Shown here: one piece after another, positions 18,842 through 28,667 of the stretch
Numbering within the stretch: position 1 is the stretch's first letter
How the letters are laid out: the number at the start of each line of letters is the position of its first letter
Source of the DNA: an uncultured Coriobacteriaceae bacterium
GTDB taxonomy: Bacteria; Actinomycetota; Coriobacteriia; Coriobacteriales; UMGS124
NCBI GenBank assembly: GCA_964390275.1
Contig: CAYMHQ010000005.1
Span: 1-35,233 of the forward strand
DNA: 35,233 nucleotides
Direction: 5' to 3'
The notes under the pieces: generated by a model
Told to the model about the DNA's origin: nothing
The model's input: the letters and a program-made list of their open reading frames with translations, nothing else
The model's database searches: none
Position numbers and translations under genes: made by a program

Positions 18842-20107
18842 TCACCCGCGCGGGAGGCACGTGCGGTACGCGTTCCACACATCGACCGCACCAGGGTAGA
18901 TGTAGCGGCGCGACGAGACGAGGTGCTCGATGCCGTGGGCGAAGCACGCCGCGAACAGCCGTTCGAGCGAGACCTCCCCCACGAGCGCGCGCAGGTCGTC
19001 GACGCCGGGCATCGCGCGCCCGGGCTCGATGAGGTCGGCGGAGAACACGACCATGTCGAGGGGCGACATGTCTCGCGCGCCCACCGTGTGGCGCTCGATC
19101 GCGCGGAACACGGCCTCGGGGAGCTCGGGGAACTCCGAGGGCAGCGAAGCCGCGGCGGTCCAGGCGTGGAGCAGAGGGAACAGGTCCTCGTCGGGATCCT
19201 CGGGCACGATACCGAGCGCACGCGCCTTTGCCCACAGCTCCTCGGCGGGCAGCTGCTTGTCCCAGTCGTGCAGAAGGCCCGCCGCCTGCGCCTCGAAGGG
19301 GTCGACCCCGTAGCGGTGCGCGAGCGCGAGGCACGTGTCCGCGACGCCGAGGACGTGCTGGAGCCGGTGGCCGGTGAGCCGCTCGCAGACCGCGCGCTTG
19401 AGACGCTCGGTCTCGGCCTCGCGCCACGCGGCGGCGGCGCCCCGCTCGCGGTAGAGCCCGTGCCCCTCGATGTAGCGCGCCACCTCGGGGTCGAGCAGCC
19501 CCTCGACGTCGAGTCCGCGGGCGAGACGGTCCCTCACCTGGGTCGACGAGACGGCGGGAAGGTCGGCCACGAGGCGGTGGACGGTGAACCCCGCCCCCTC
19601 CGCGCGCGCGACCGAGCGCTCGAACGCGTCGCAGCCCCTCCGCTCGAACGCCGCCACCTCGCAGAGCTCGGCGATACGGTCGCTCCGGCGCCAGAACGGC
19701 AGCGTCTCGAGGGCGTCGCCGCCCACGATGAAGAGCAGCCGGCACGTCGGCGGGCAGTCGCGCCGCAGGTCCTCGAGCGTGTCGACCGTGTACGTGACGC
19801 CCTCGCGCTCGACCTCGCGCGCGCTCGCGGCCCAGCCCGGCCGCCCGCCCACCGCGAGCTCGACCATGCGCAGGCGGTCGGAGGCCGGCGTCCCCACCAT
19901 GCCCTGCTTGAACGCGGGGTTGCCGGCGGGCAGGAAGAGGAGCCCGTCGAGCCCGAGCTGCTCGAACGACGCCTCGGCCATCGCGACGTGGGCGACGTGG
20001 ACGGGGTCGAACGTCCCTCCCATGACGCCGAGACGGGGCGGGCGGGATTCTGACGCCGCGACGTCTCTCAGGTGCGCGAGCAGCTCGGATTCGGTCATTC
20101 CTGTCAC
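18842..20107 (-). CDS. nadD: Fusion protein: nicotinate-nucleotide adenylyltransferase (NadD) N-terminal domain plus YqeK-type HD phosphohydrolase C-terminal domain
   Basis: N-terminal half has LGVMGGTFDPVHVAHV and AVSSTQVRDRL (NadD motifs). C-terminal half has RLQHVLGVADTCLALA...AGLLHDWDK...ERHTVG (YqeK HD motifs). The start could be GTG 20107 or ATG 20098. Confidence 0.88.
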   Translation of the reverse strand: MTGMTESELLAHLRDVAASESRPPRLGVMGGTFDPVHVAHVAMAEASFEQLGLDGLLFLPAGNPAFKQGMVGTPASDRLRMVELAVGGRPGWAASAREVEREGVTYTVDTLEDLRRDCPPTCRLLFIVGGDALETLPFWRRSDRIAELCEVAAFERRGCDAFERSVARAEGAGFTVHRLVADLPAVSSTQVRDRLARGLDVEGLLDPEVARYIEGHGLYRERGAAAAWREAETERLKRAVCERLTGHRLQHVLGVADTCLALAHRYGVDPFEAQAAGLLHDWDKQLPAEELWAKARALGIVPEDPDEDLFPLLHAWTAAASLPSEFPELPEAVFRAIERHTVGARDMSPLDMVVFSADLIEPGRAMPGVDDLRALVGEVSLERLFAACFAHGIEHLVSSRRYIYPGAVDVWNAYRTCLPRG

Positions 20108-20121
20108 CTCGGCCCCTTCGG

Positions 20122-21387
20122 CTATCTGACCTGCCCGTCGCCGCGGCAGACGTACTTCGTCGTGACGAGGGACTCGGCGCCCATGGGCCCGCGGGCGTGC
20201 AGCTTCTGCGTGCTAATGCCGATCTCGGCGCCCAGCCCGAACATGCCGCCGTCGGTGAACCTGGTCGAGGCGTTCACGTACACGGCGCTCGCGTCGACCT
20301 CGGAGAGGAACGTTTCAGCGGCGCGGTAGTCTGACGTGACGATGCACTCGGAGTGCCCGGTGCCGTAGCGGTTAACGTGGTCGATCGCCTCGCGCAGGCC
20401 CGTGACGACCTTGGAGCTGATCTCGAGTCCGAGATACTCGGTGCCCCAGTCCTCCTCGGTCGCGGGGAGAGCGGCGACCCCGGCGCGGCGCGCCGCCTCG
20501 AGCGACCGCTCGTCGCCGTGGACGAGAACGCCCCGCTCCCCCAGCGACCCGAGCAGCCGCTCGAGCGCGTCAGGGACCCGGGCGAGCAGACCCTCGTCGA
20601 CGAGGAGCGACTCGCACGCGTTGCAGACGCTCGGCCGCGAGCACTTTGCGTTGCAGAGGATCTCGACCGCCATGTCGATGTCGGCCGAAGCCTCGACGAA
20701 CGTGTGGCAGTTGCCCGTGCCCGTCTCGATGACCGGGACCTTCGCGTTCTCGACGCATGCCCTGATGAGGCCAGCCCCGCCGCGGGGGATGAGGACGTCG
20801 ACGAGTCCCACGAGGCCGAAAAGCTCGTCGACGACGCCGTGGCCGGGCGTCTCGAGGACGAGGACGGCGTCGCGGGGCAGGAAGCGGGACTCGAGGGCGT
20901 CGCCGAGCGCCTTCGCGACGGCGAGGCACGACCGGGAGGCGAGCGAGCCGGGGCGCAGGAGCGCGGCGTTGCCCGTCTTGACGCACAGGCCCGCGGCGTC
21001 AGAGGTCACGTTGGGCCGTGCCTCGTAGACCATGGCGACGACGCCGAGCGGCACGGTCACCTTCTCGACAGAGAGGCCGCACGAGAGCCGCGAGCCCGTG
21101 AGGACGCGCCCCAGGGGGTCGGGCTGCGTCGCGACCTCCTCGAGGCCGGCCGCCATCGCGTCGACGCGGGCTGGGTCGAGCATGAGCCGGTCGAGGAGCA
21201 CCTCTGCCGTCCCCGCCTCCCGCGCGGACGCCATGTCGCGCGCGTTCGCCTCGAGGATCGCGCCCGTCTGGGCCCGAAGCTCGCGCGCCATCGCGCGGAG
21301 CGCCTCGTTGCGCTCCCCCGCCCCCAGGGCCGCCATCGCCCTCGACGCCTCGCGGGCGCGCAGGGCCTTCTCCCGTGCCTCTCCCAT
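20122..21387 (-). CDS. proA: Gamma-glutamyl phosphate reductase
   Basis: Aldehyde-dehydrogenase-like ProA pattern: ...ANARDM...VPLGVVAMVYEARPNVT...LIPRGGAGLI...GTGNCHTFV...CNACESLLV...GTGHSECIVT.... AAGGAGG SD upstream. Confidence 0.94.
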   Translation of the reverse strand: MGEAREKALRAREASRAMAALGAGERNEALRAMARELRAQTGAILEANARDMASAREAGTAEVLLDRLMLDPARVDAMAAGLEEVATQPDPLGRVLTGSRLSCGLSVEKVTVPLGVVAMVYEARPNVTSDAAGLCVKTGNAALLRPGSLASRSCLAVAKALGDALESRFLPRDAVLVLETPGHGVVDELFGLVGLVDVLIPRGGAGLIRACVENAKVPVIETGTGNCHTFVEASADIDMAVEILCNAKCSRPSVCNACESLLVDEGLLARVPDALERLLGSLGERGVLVHGDERSLEAARRAGVAALPATEEDWGTEYLGLEISSKVVTGLREAIDHVNRYGTGHSECIVTSDYRAAETFLSEVDASAVYVNASTRFTDGGMFGLGAEIGISTQKLHARGPMGAESLVTTKYVCRGDGQVR

Positions 21388-21459
21388 ACCCTCAAGCCTC
21401 CTTTGGCCGGTCGGTGCCGAGCACCGAAAGCAAAAACGACGTGCCAGACGCCGGACCAG

Positions 21460-22590
21460 CTAGAACACGATCATCTCGTCGCGGTGCACGAGCGGGACGC
21501 CCGCGAGCGAGGGGATGACGCGGCCCACCATGTCGAGACGCATGCCGCGCGTGAGCTCGGCCTCATCCGAGGAGTAGCCGGCCTTGCCGCGCGCGACGAG
21601 CGACCCCTGGGAGTCGCGGACCGCGATGACGTCGCCGCGGGAGAACGGCCCCTCGACGCGGACGACGCCCACCGGGAGAAGCGAGCCTCCCCGCTCGTGG
21701 AGCGCGTCTCGGGCGCCGTCGTCGATGACCACGCACCCGCAGTCGCGCGACGCGAAGCCGATCCACAGTTTGCGAGCCGGCTCGCGCGCCCCGTTCGCGG
21801 CGGGCATAAACCGCGTGCCCACACGAACTCCGTGCGCAGCGGCAACGAGCACGCCCGGCTCCCTCCCCCGGCAGACGACGAGCGGGACGCCGGCCATCTG
21901 CATGGCGCGCCCGGCGCGGACCTTGGTGCGCATGCCGCCCGTGCCCACGCCGCTCGCGGGACCGCCCGCGATGGACTCGATCGTCTCGTCGACGTCGTCC
22001 ACCTGGTCGATGAGTCGCGCCTCGGGGTCGAGGTTGGGGTCTGCGGTGTAGAGCCCGTCGATGTCGCTCAGGAGAACGACGAGGTCGGCACCCGTGAGCG
22101 CCCCGACGATCGAGGCGAGGGAGTCGTTGTCGCCGAAGCGGATCTCGTCGACCGCGACCGTGTCGTTCTCGTTCACCACGGGCACGACGCCGAGCGCGAG
22201 GAGCCGATCGATCGTCTCGCGTGCGTGGAGATAGGCCGAGCGCAGCCCCGTGTCGTTGCGCGTGAGGAGGACCTGCCCGCACATGAGCCCGAGCCGCCCG
22301 AAGACGCGCGAGTACGTGTCGATGAGGACCGCCTGCCCAACGGACGCGCAGGCCTGGAGCGTGGGCATGTCCTCCGGCCGCGAGGCGAACCCGAGCGGCC
22401 TGAGCCCGGCGGCGATGGCGCCCGAGGTCACGAGGACGACGTCGCGCCCCTCGTCCCGAAGCGTCGCGATCTGCCGCGCGAGCGACTCGATGAACGCCTC
22501 GTCGAGCCTCCCGTCGCCGCCCATGAGCGTCGAGGAGCCGACCTTCGCGACCACCCGTCGGGCGTCGCCGTACACCGCAGAACCCTCCAT
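21460..22590 (-). CDS. proB: Glutamate 5-kinase (with C-terminal PUA domain)
   Basis: RVVAKVGSSTL...VVLVTSGAIAAG...VPVVNENDTVAVDEIRFGDNDSLASIV...LLSDIDGLYTADP.... PUA-like GDVIAVRDSQGSLVARGKAGYSSDE. Start at ATG 22590. The longer ORF-track reading (to 23229) overlaps obg in another frame. Confidence 0.94.
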   Translation of the reverse strand: MEGSAVYGDARRVVAKVGSSTLMGGDGRLDEAFIESLARQIATLRDEGRDVVLVTSGAIAAGLRPLGFASRPEDMPTLQACASVGQAVLIDTYSRVFGRLGLMCGQVLLTRNDTGLRSAYLHARETIDRLLALGVVPVVNENDTVAVDEIRFGDNDSLASIVGALTGADLVVLLSDIDGLYTADPNLDPEARLIDQVDDVDETIESIAGGPASGVGTGGMRTKVRAGRAMQMAGVPLVVCRGREPGVLVAAAHGVRVGTRFMPAANGAREPARKLWIGFASRDCGCVVIDDGARDALHERGGSLLPVGVVRVEGPFSRGDVIAVRDSQGSLVARGKAGYSSDEAELTRGMRLDMVGRVIPSLAGVPLVHRDEMIVF

Positions 22591-22615
22591 GCCCGAGCAC
22601 CCCCAATCAGAGGCG

Positions 22616-24157
<1,542 letters not shown>

Positions 24158-24185
24158 GCTAATACGCTCTCTATCGAGCCGTCGC

Positions 24186-24452
24186 CTACTCGGCGGTCTC
24201 CTCGACGATAGGAAGCACGTTCACGCGACGCTTGAGACCGCGCGTGTACTTGACGGTACCGTCGATCAGCGCGAACAGGGTGTCGTCCTTGCCGATGCCC
24301 ACGTTCTCGCCGGGGTGGAACTTCGTGCCGTGCTGACGGACGAGGTTGGTGCCGGCGGTCACGAACTGACCGTCGAAACGCTTGCAACCAAGACGCTTGC
24401 CGATCGAATCGCGACCGTTACGGGAAGTACCCGTACCTTTCTTGTGTGCCAT
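24186..24452 (-). CDS. rpmA: 50S ribosomal protein L27
   Basis: [52 protein letters not shown] is canonical. It starts directly at MAHKKG, so there is no Prp-cleaved propeptide. Confidence 0.96.
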   Translation of the reverse strand: MAHKKGTGTSRNGRDSIGKRLGCKRFDGQFVTAGTNLVRQHGTKFHPGENVGIGKDDTLFALIDGTVKYTRGLKRRVNVLPIVEETAE

Positions 24453-24492
24453 GAGAGTGCTCCCTAACTTCTGTCTATCCTGTCAATCGGTC

Positions 24493-24801
24493 TTACTCGG
24501 CGATCTTGGTGATGCGCACCTGGGTCAGATACTGACGGTGACCGCGCTTGCGCTGATAGCGCTTACGACGACGGAACTTGAAGATGATGACCTTCTCACC
24601 GCGGTACTGCTTGAGGACCTCGCCCTCGACGGTGACCTTGGCGAGAGCCTCGGGGTCGGTCACGATGGACTCGCCGTTGTTGAGGAAGAGAGCGTCGAAC
24701 TTGACGGTCTCGCCCGGCTCGGCCTCGAGCTTCTCGATCTCGATAACATCGCCCTCGGCGACTTTATACTGCTTACCACCCGTGAAAACGATTGCGTACA
24801 T
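24493..24801 (-). CDS. rplU: 50S ribosomal protein L21
   Basis: MYAIVFTGGKQYKVAEGDVIEIEKL.... Start at ATG 24801 with GGAAGG 9 nt upstream. The ORF-track start 24834 lies in the leader. Confidence 0.95.
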   Translation of the reverse strand: MYAIVFTGGKQYKVAEGDVIEIEKLEAEPGETVKFDALFLNNGESIVTDPEALAKVTVEGEVLKQYRGEKVIIFKFRRRKRYQRKRGHRQYLTQVRITKIAE

Positions 24802-24840
24802 GTGTAGGTACCTTCCGAATCGCGACAAATGCAAGAAGCT

Positions 24841-24870
24841 ACATTAGCACCACACGCCCGCTTCCGTCAA
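24841..24870 (-). promoter_or_regulatory. Putative promoter of rplU-rpmA(-obg...)
   Basis: On the minus strand: TTGACG (24870..24865), an 18-nt spacer, then TAATGT (24846..24841). It lies in an AT-rich gap about 35 nt upstream of the rplU ATG. Confidence 0.5.
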
Positions 24871-24968
24871 TGCAGAACGGAACGTATACATGCATTATTA
24901 CAGAATCCAACAACTGCCGCCACCTTCTGGACGATGTCCCCCGCTAAGTGAGAACGAAGGCAGACGCG

Positions 24969-25961
24969 CTATATAGTACGCCTCTTCCGCTCAAAAAGCA
25001 CAACGGATAGTCCGGCGTCACCAGAAATGCGCGTTTGCCGCTCGCCCAGATGCTCCGAGACGACGTCGACGAGGTCGTTGAAGAGGTCGAACGCGAGACC
25101 CGGGACGAACGACACGGCGACAATCCCCGCGACGTCGTACTCCACGGCAGCCTCGGCGACCGCGACCGCGGCCTCCTCGTTCACGGTCGAGACGGTCGCC
25201 TCGGCCGAGCCCTCGCCCGCCCCGGCGGTCCGGACGCTCACCGTCCACATGGCCTCGGTGCGCTCGAAGACGACCTCGCCGCCGCACGCGAGCGTGATAC
25301 GGCGCCCGTCGAGGGCGGTCTCGCGGCGCGCGTAGGAGCCCCCGGCGCCGGCCGCGATGGAGGCGTCCCCGTCGGCGTCGGGCTTCTCGGCCATGAGCAG
25401 GGCGGGCGCCTCGTCGGCGCGGGCGAGCACCGTGAGGGCGGCGGCCTCGGTCATCTGAACGACGAGGGTCGAGAGGACCTGGTTCCAGGGGACCTCGTCC
25501 GCGGCGGTCCTGAGCACCACCGTGACCGGGCCGCACACGGCCTCGAGCATCGACGGGATGCCGCAGGACTCGTCCGCGATCGCGTTCTCGAGCAGCGTGG
25601 CGAACTCGGCACGCCGCATGCTCGGAATCTTCTCGGAGACGAACACCGAGGGCTGAGCCGCGAGGTACGGCCCCACAATCGAGGTGCCGTCGAGGACGAG
25701 CACGCTCGTGCGGCCCGCGAACTCGATGCTCACCGACGCGCGCGCGAGGCGCTTGCCGTGGGCAGGCGCGATGACCTGGGCGCAGACGCACGCCCCTGGG
25801 ACGAGCTTGGCGACCGTGGAGCCCGCGATCCCGGCGAGCGGGACGAGCAGCGAGCCGTGGGCGCCCACATCGATGAAGCAGGCGTCAAGCGAGGCGTCGA
25901 CGTGGTCGATGACCCCGCGGAGAATGTCACCAGGCGAAAGCGTCAGATCGGGCGCACCCAT
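24969..25961 (-). CDS. Truncated RNase E/G-family homolog lacking the catalytic metal ligands (probable non-catalytic RNA-binding protein)
   Basis: 330 aa. S1-like GDILRGVIDHVDASLDACFIDVG, VVLRTAADEV, TEAMWTVSVRTAG, VAGIVAVSFVPGL and a ...LFERKRRTI end; all are collinear with E. coli RNase E/G. ATG 25961 is preceded by GGGGAGGA and overlaps the upstream gene by 19 nt. Confidence 0.8.
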   Translation of the reverse strand: MGAPDLTLSPGDILRGVIDHVDASLDACFIDVGAHGSLLVPLAGIAGSTVAKLVPGACVCAQVIAPAHGKRLARASVSIEFAGRTSVLVLDGTSIVGPYLAAQPSVFVSEKIPSMRRAEFATLLENAIADESCGIPSMLEAVCGPVTVVLRTAADEVPWNQVLSTLVVQMTEAAALTVLARADEAPALLMAEKPDADGDASIAAGAGGSYARRETALDGRRITLACGGEVVFERTEAMWTVSVRTAGAGEGSAEATVSTVNEEAAVAVAEAAVEYDVAGIVAVSFVPGLAFDLFNDLVDVVSEHLGERQTRISGDAGLSVVLFERKRRTI

Positions 25962-26797
25962 GAGCCGTCCTCCCCTTCGAGATATTGGGCGACGCGCACT
26001 GTCGAAGTGCGCACGTAACGTGAGCATGATACGACGTCCGAGGCCGCGCAGGCCCCTTCCGCGCCGTTTGCGGCGAATGATTCGGCGAGCTGCCCCACAA
26101 TCGCACCCGCAAGGATATCGGGGCGCAGCGCACCGTCCTCCGAGGAGCGCGTCGTGACCACAAGACGCACACCGTCGGGCCCCGCACCGCTGAGGACACC
26201 CTCCGCGCCCTCCCCCGCGAGAGGGTCCGAGACGGGCGGCTCCCAGCCGACCTCGACCTCGCCCGCGAACTTGCCCTCGAGCCTCACGACGCGCCGCTTG
26301 CCATTGCGCGTCGCCTCGATCTCGCCCTTCGAGCGGACGCGTCCGAGCGCCTCGGCGACCCCCTCGGGCGTGAGCGAGAGTCCCGCGGGGCAGGGCTCGC
26401 CCGTCAGCGGGTCGGGCCCGGCGGCGAGGGCCATGCGCCACGTCGAGAGCGTGAGCGCGGCGGAGAGCGACGCGGCGCGGGAGCCCACGTAGGCGGCCTC
26501 GAGCGGAGCGAGGTCGGGCGGGAAGTTGGCACGCAGGGCCGCGAGATACTCGTCAGCGGGGCGGTACGCGCGGACCCAGAGGTCGAACCACTCGTCAGTC
26601 GACGAGACGCCCACGGGAAGCGCGGGGCCGTACGCGGCCTTCATGCGGGGCGTAAACCCCTGTGTGACGGCGTAGGGCACGCCCGACCGGTGCACGCCGC
26701 GCTCGAGGGCCCGCAGCAGCTCGAGATGGGAGAGGTACCTCAGCCTGCCCGTCTCGCGGAAGCGGATCCGCAGGCGGAACAGCGTCTCCTCAGGCAT
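25943..26797 (-). CDS. TIGR03936/DUF2344-family radical SAM-linked protein
   Basis: LRIRFRETGRLRYLSHLELLRALERGVHRSGVPYAVTQGFTPRMKAAYGPALPVGVSSTDEWFDLWV matches the family N-terminus. ATG 26797 is preceded by AAGGAGG and overlaps the radical-SAM stop (ATGCCTGA). Confidence 0.88.
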   Translation of the reverse strand: MPEETLFRLRIRFRETGRLRYLSHLELLRALERGVHRSGVPYAVTQGFTPRMKAAYGPALPVGVSSTDEWFDLWVRAYRPADEYLAALRANFPPDLAPLEAAYVGSRAASLSAALTLSTWRMALAAGPDPLTGEPCPAGLSLTPEGVAEALGRVRSKGEIEATRNGKRRVVRLEGKFAGEVEVGWEPPVSDPLAGEGAEGVLSGAGPDGVRLVVTTRSSEDGALRPDILAGAIVGQLAESFAANGAEGACAASDVVSCSRYVRTSTVRVAQYLEGEDGSWVRPI

Positions 26798-28667
26798 CGC
26801 GCCTCCTTTCAAGGTCGTTCGAGGACTTCAGGGCGCCGCAGACGCCGCACCCCGCGCAGGAGGACCGGGTGCAGTCGGGAGTCAGAACGCCCTCGCGCGC
26901 CCGTTCCCACTCTCTGGCGAGGAAGCGCTGCGAAACGCCGGCGGAGATATGGCCCCACGGGAGCGGGTCGCCCACCTCGAAGGGGGCGCAGGCCGTCGCC
27001 TGAAGGTCGACGCCCACCGTGCGCGCCGCCTGCTCCCACATGGACAGGTCGAAGCGGTCGTTCCACGCGTCGAACCGCGCGCCGAGCCGGTGGACCTCGA
27101 TGACAAGCGGCGTGAGCTCGCGACCGCCGCGCGACAGGACCGCCTCGACGAACGAGGAGGCGGCGTCGTGGTACTTGAGGTCGACGCCGCGCGGCATCGA
27201 CGCCCTCAGCAGCCTCTGGCGGCGGCGGACCTCGTCGGGCTCGACCTGGCCGCACCACTGGAACGCGGTCTGGGACTTGGGGATGAACACGGCGACCGAG
27301 GTCGAGATCTTCACGGCGCTGCGCTGCCGGGCCGGCGCGCAGGAGCGGGCGAGGTCGAGCGCGCGCCCGCACAGCTCGGCGATGCCGCGGACGTCGTCGT
27401 CGGTCTCGAAGGGCAGGCCGATCATGAAGTAGAGCTTCATCCTGAGCCACCCGTTTGAGAAGGAGACGCGCACCGCGTCCATGAGGTCCTGCTCGGTGAT
27501 GCCCTTGTTGATGATGTCGCGCATCCGCTGGGTACCTGCCTCGGGGGCGAAGGTCAGGCTCGAGCGCTTCTCGCCGTTCACGAGCTGGGCCATCTCGAGG
27601 CCGAACGAGTCGAGGCGCTCCGAGGGCAGCGAGACGATGACGCCGGTGCCCGCAAGGTTGGCGTTGAGCCTGCGCAGGACCGACTCAAGGTTCGAGTGGT
27701 CGGTCGTGGAGAGCGAGGTGAGCGAGACCTCGCCGTAGCCGGTGCGCCTGACGCCGCACATCACGGCGGAGACGATCTGGTCGGCGGGCCGCTCGCGGAC
27801 GGGGCGGTACGTCATGCCCGCCTGGCAGAACCGGCAACCGCGCGCGCAGCCGCGGAGCACCTCGACGGCGAGGCGGTCCTGGACGACGTCGGGATAGGGC
27901 ACCACCGTGGTCGTGACGGGGTCGGTCGCCTTGAAGTCGGGCACGAGGCGCTTGACGACGACGGCGGGCGCCCCCGAGCCGGGCCGGGGCACGACGTGCG
28001 TGCGCCCGAGCGCGTCGGTCACGGGGTCGTAGAGCGAGGGAACGTACACGCCGGGAATGCACGCGAGCGCCGCGAGGATGTCCGCACGGGCCGCGCCCCG
28101 CGCGCGGTGCGACCGGATGCACTCGGCGACCTCGACAATGACCTCCTCGCCGTCGCCGATCATGATCGCGTCGAAGAGGAGGCTCACCGACTCGCAGCTG
28201 TAGACAGAGGGCCCACCCCCGCACACAATGGGGTCGTCCTCGGCGCGGTCGGTCGCGAGGAGCGGGATTCCGGCGAGGTCGAGCGTCTCGACGATGTTCG
28301 TCGCGGCGAGCTCGTGGGGAATCGTGATGCCCACCATGTCGAACGAGGCGACGGGGAAGCACGACTCCATGGAAAAGAGCGGCACACCGCGGGCGCGCAT
28401 GAGGTCGGCCATGTCAACCCAGGGGGTGTAGGCTCGCTCGCACGCCATGCCGTCGACGCGGTTGAGGATCGCGTACAGGATGGAGAGACCCTGGTTCGCA
28501 AGGCCGATCTCGTAGGTGTCAGGGTAGATGAGCACGCAGCGGAACGGCGACGCGGGGTCGCGCACGCAGCCGAACTCGTGGTCGATGTAGCGCGAGGGCT
28601 TCTCGACGTGGTCGAGGAGCGGCTCCACGCGGGGCCACAGGTCGACGCGGGAATGGATGTCGGTCAA
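26790..28667 (-). CDS. TIGR03960-family B12-binding-domain radical SAM protein (function unknown)
   Basis: KPSRYIDHEFG...YPDTYEIGLANQGLSILY...ERAYTPW...GGGPSVYS...GDGEE, plus the radical-SAM cluster motif CARGCRFCQAG (CxxxCxxC). Start preferred at TTG 28667 (GGAGG 7 nt upstream), forming a TTGA overlap with the upstream stop. Confidence 0.9.
   Translation of the reverse strand: MTDIHSRVDLWPRVEPLLDHVEKPSRYIDHEFGCVRDPASPFRCVLIYPDTYEIGLANQGLSILYAILNRVDGMACERAYTPWVDMADLMRARGVPLFSMESCFPVASFDMVGITIPHELAATNIVETLDLAGIPLLATDRAEDDPIVCGGGPSVYSCESVSLLFDAIMIGDGEEVIVEVAECIRSHRARGAARADILAALACIPGVYVPSLYDPVTDALGRTHVVPRPGSGAPAVVVKRLVPDFKATDPVTTTVVPYPDVVQDRLAVEVLRGCARGCRFCQAGMTYRPVRERPADQIVSAVMCGVRRTGYGEVSLTSLSTTDHSNLESVLRRLNANLAGTGVIVSLPSERLDSFGLEMAQLVNGEKRSSLTFAPEAGTQRMRDIINKGITEQDLMDAVRVSFSNGWLRMKLYFMIGLPFETDDDVRGIAELCGRALDLARSCAPARQRSAVKISTSVAVFIPKSQTAFQWCGQVEPDEVRRRQRLLRASMPRGVDLKYHDAASSFVEAVLSRGGRELTPLVIEVHRLGARFDAWNDRFDLSMWEQAARTVGVDLQATACAPFEVGDPLPWGHISAGVSQRFLAREWERAREGVLTPDCTRSSCAGCGVCGALKSSNDLERRRDA

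Noticed and set aside
25962-26441. N-terminal extension of the RNase E/G-like frame (ORF track 24969..26441, 490 aa)
   Set aside because: The extra 160 codons overlap the DUF2344 gene in another frame and are Arg/Gly-rich. RNase E/G S1-domain homology and a strong SD support ATG 25961.
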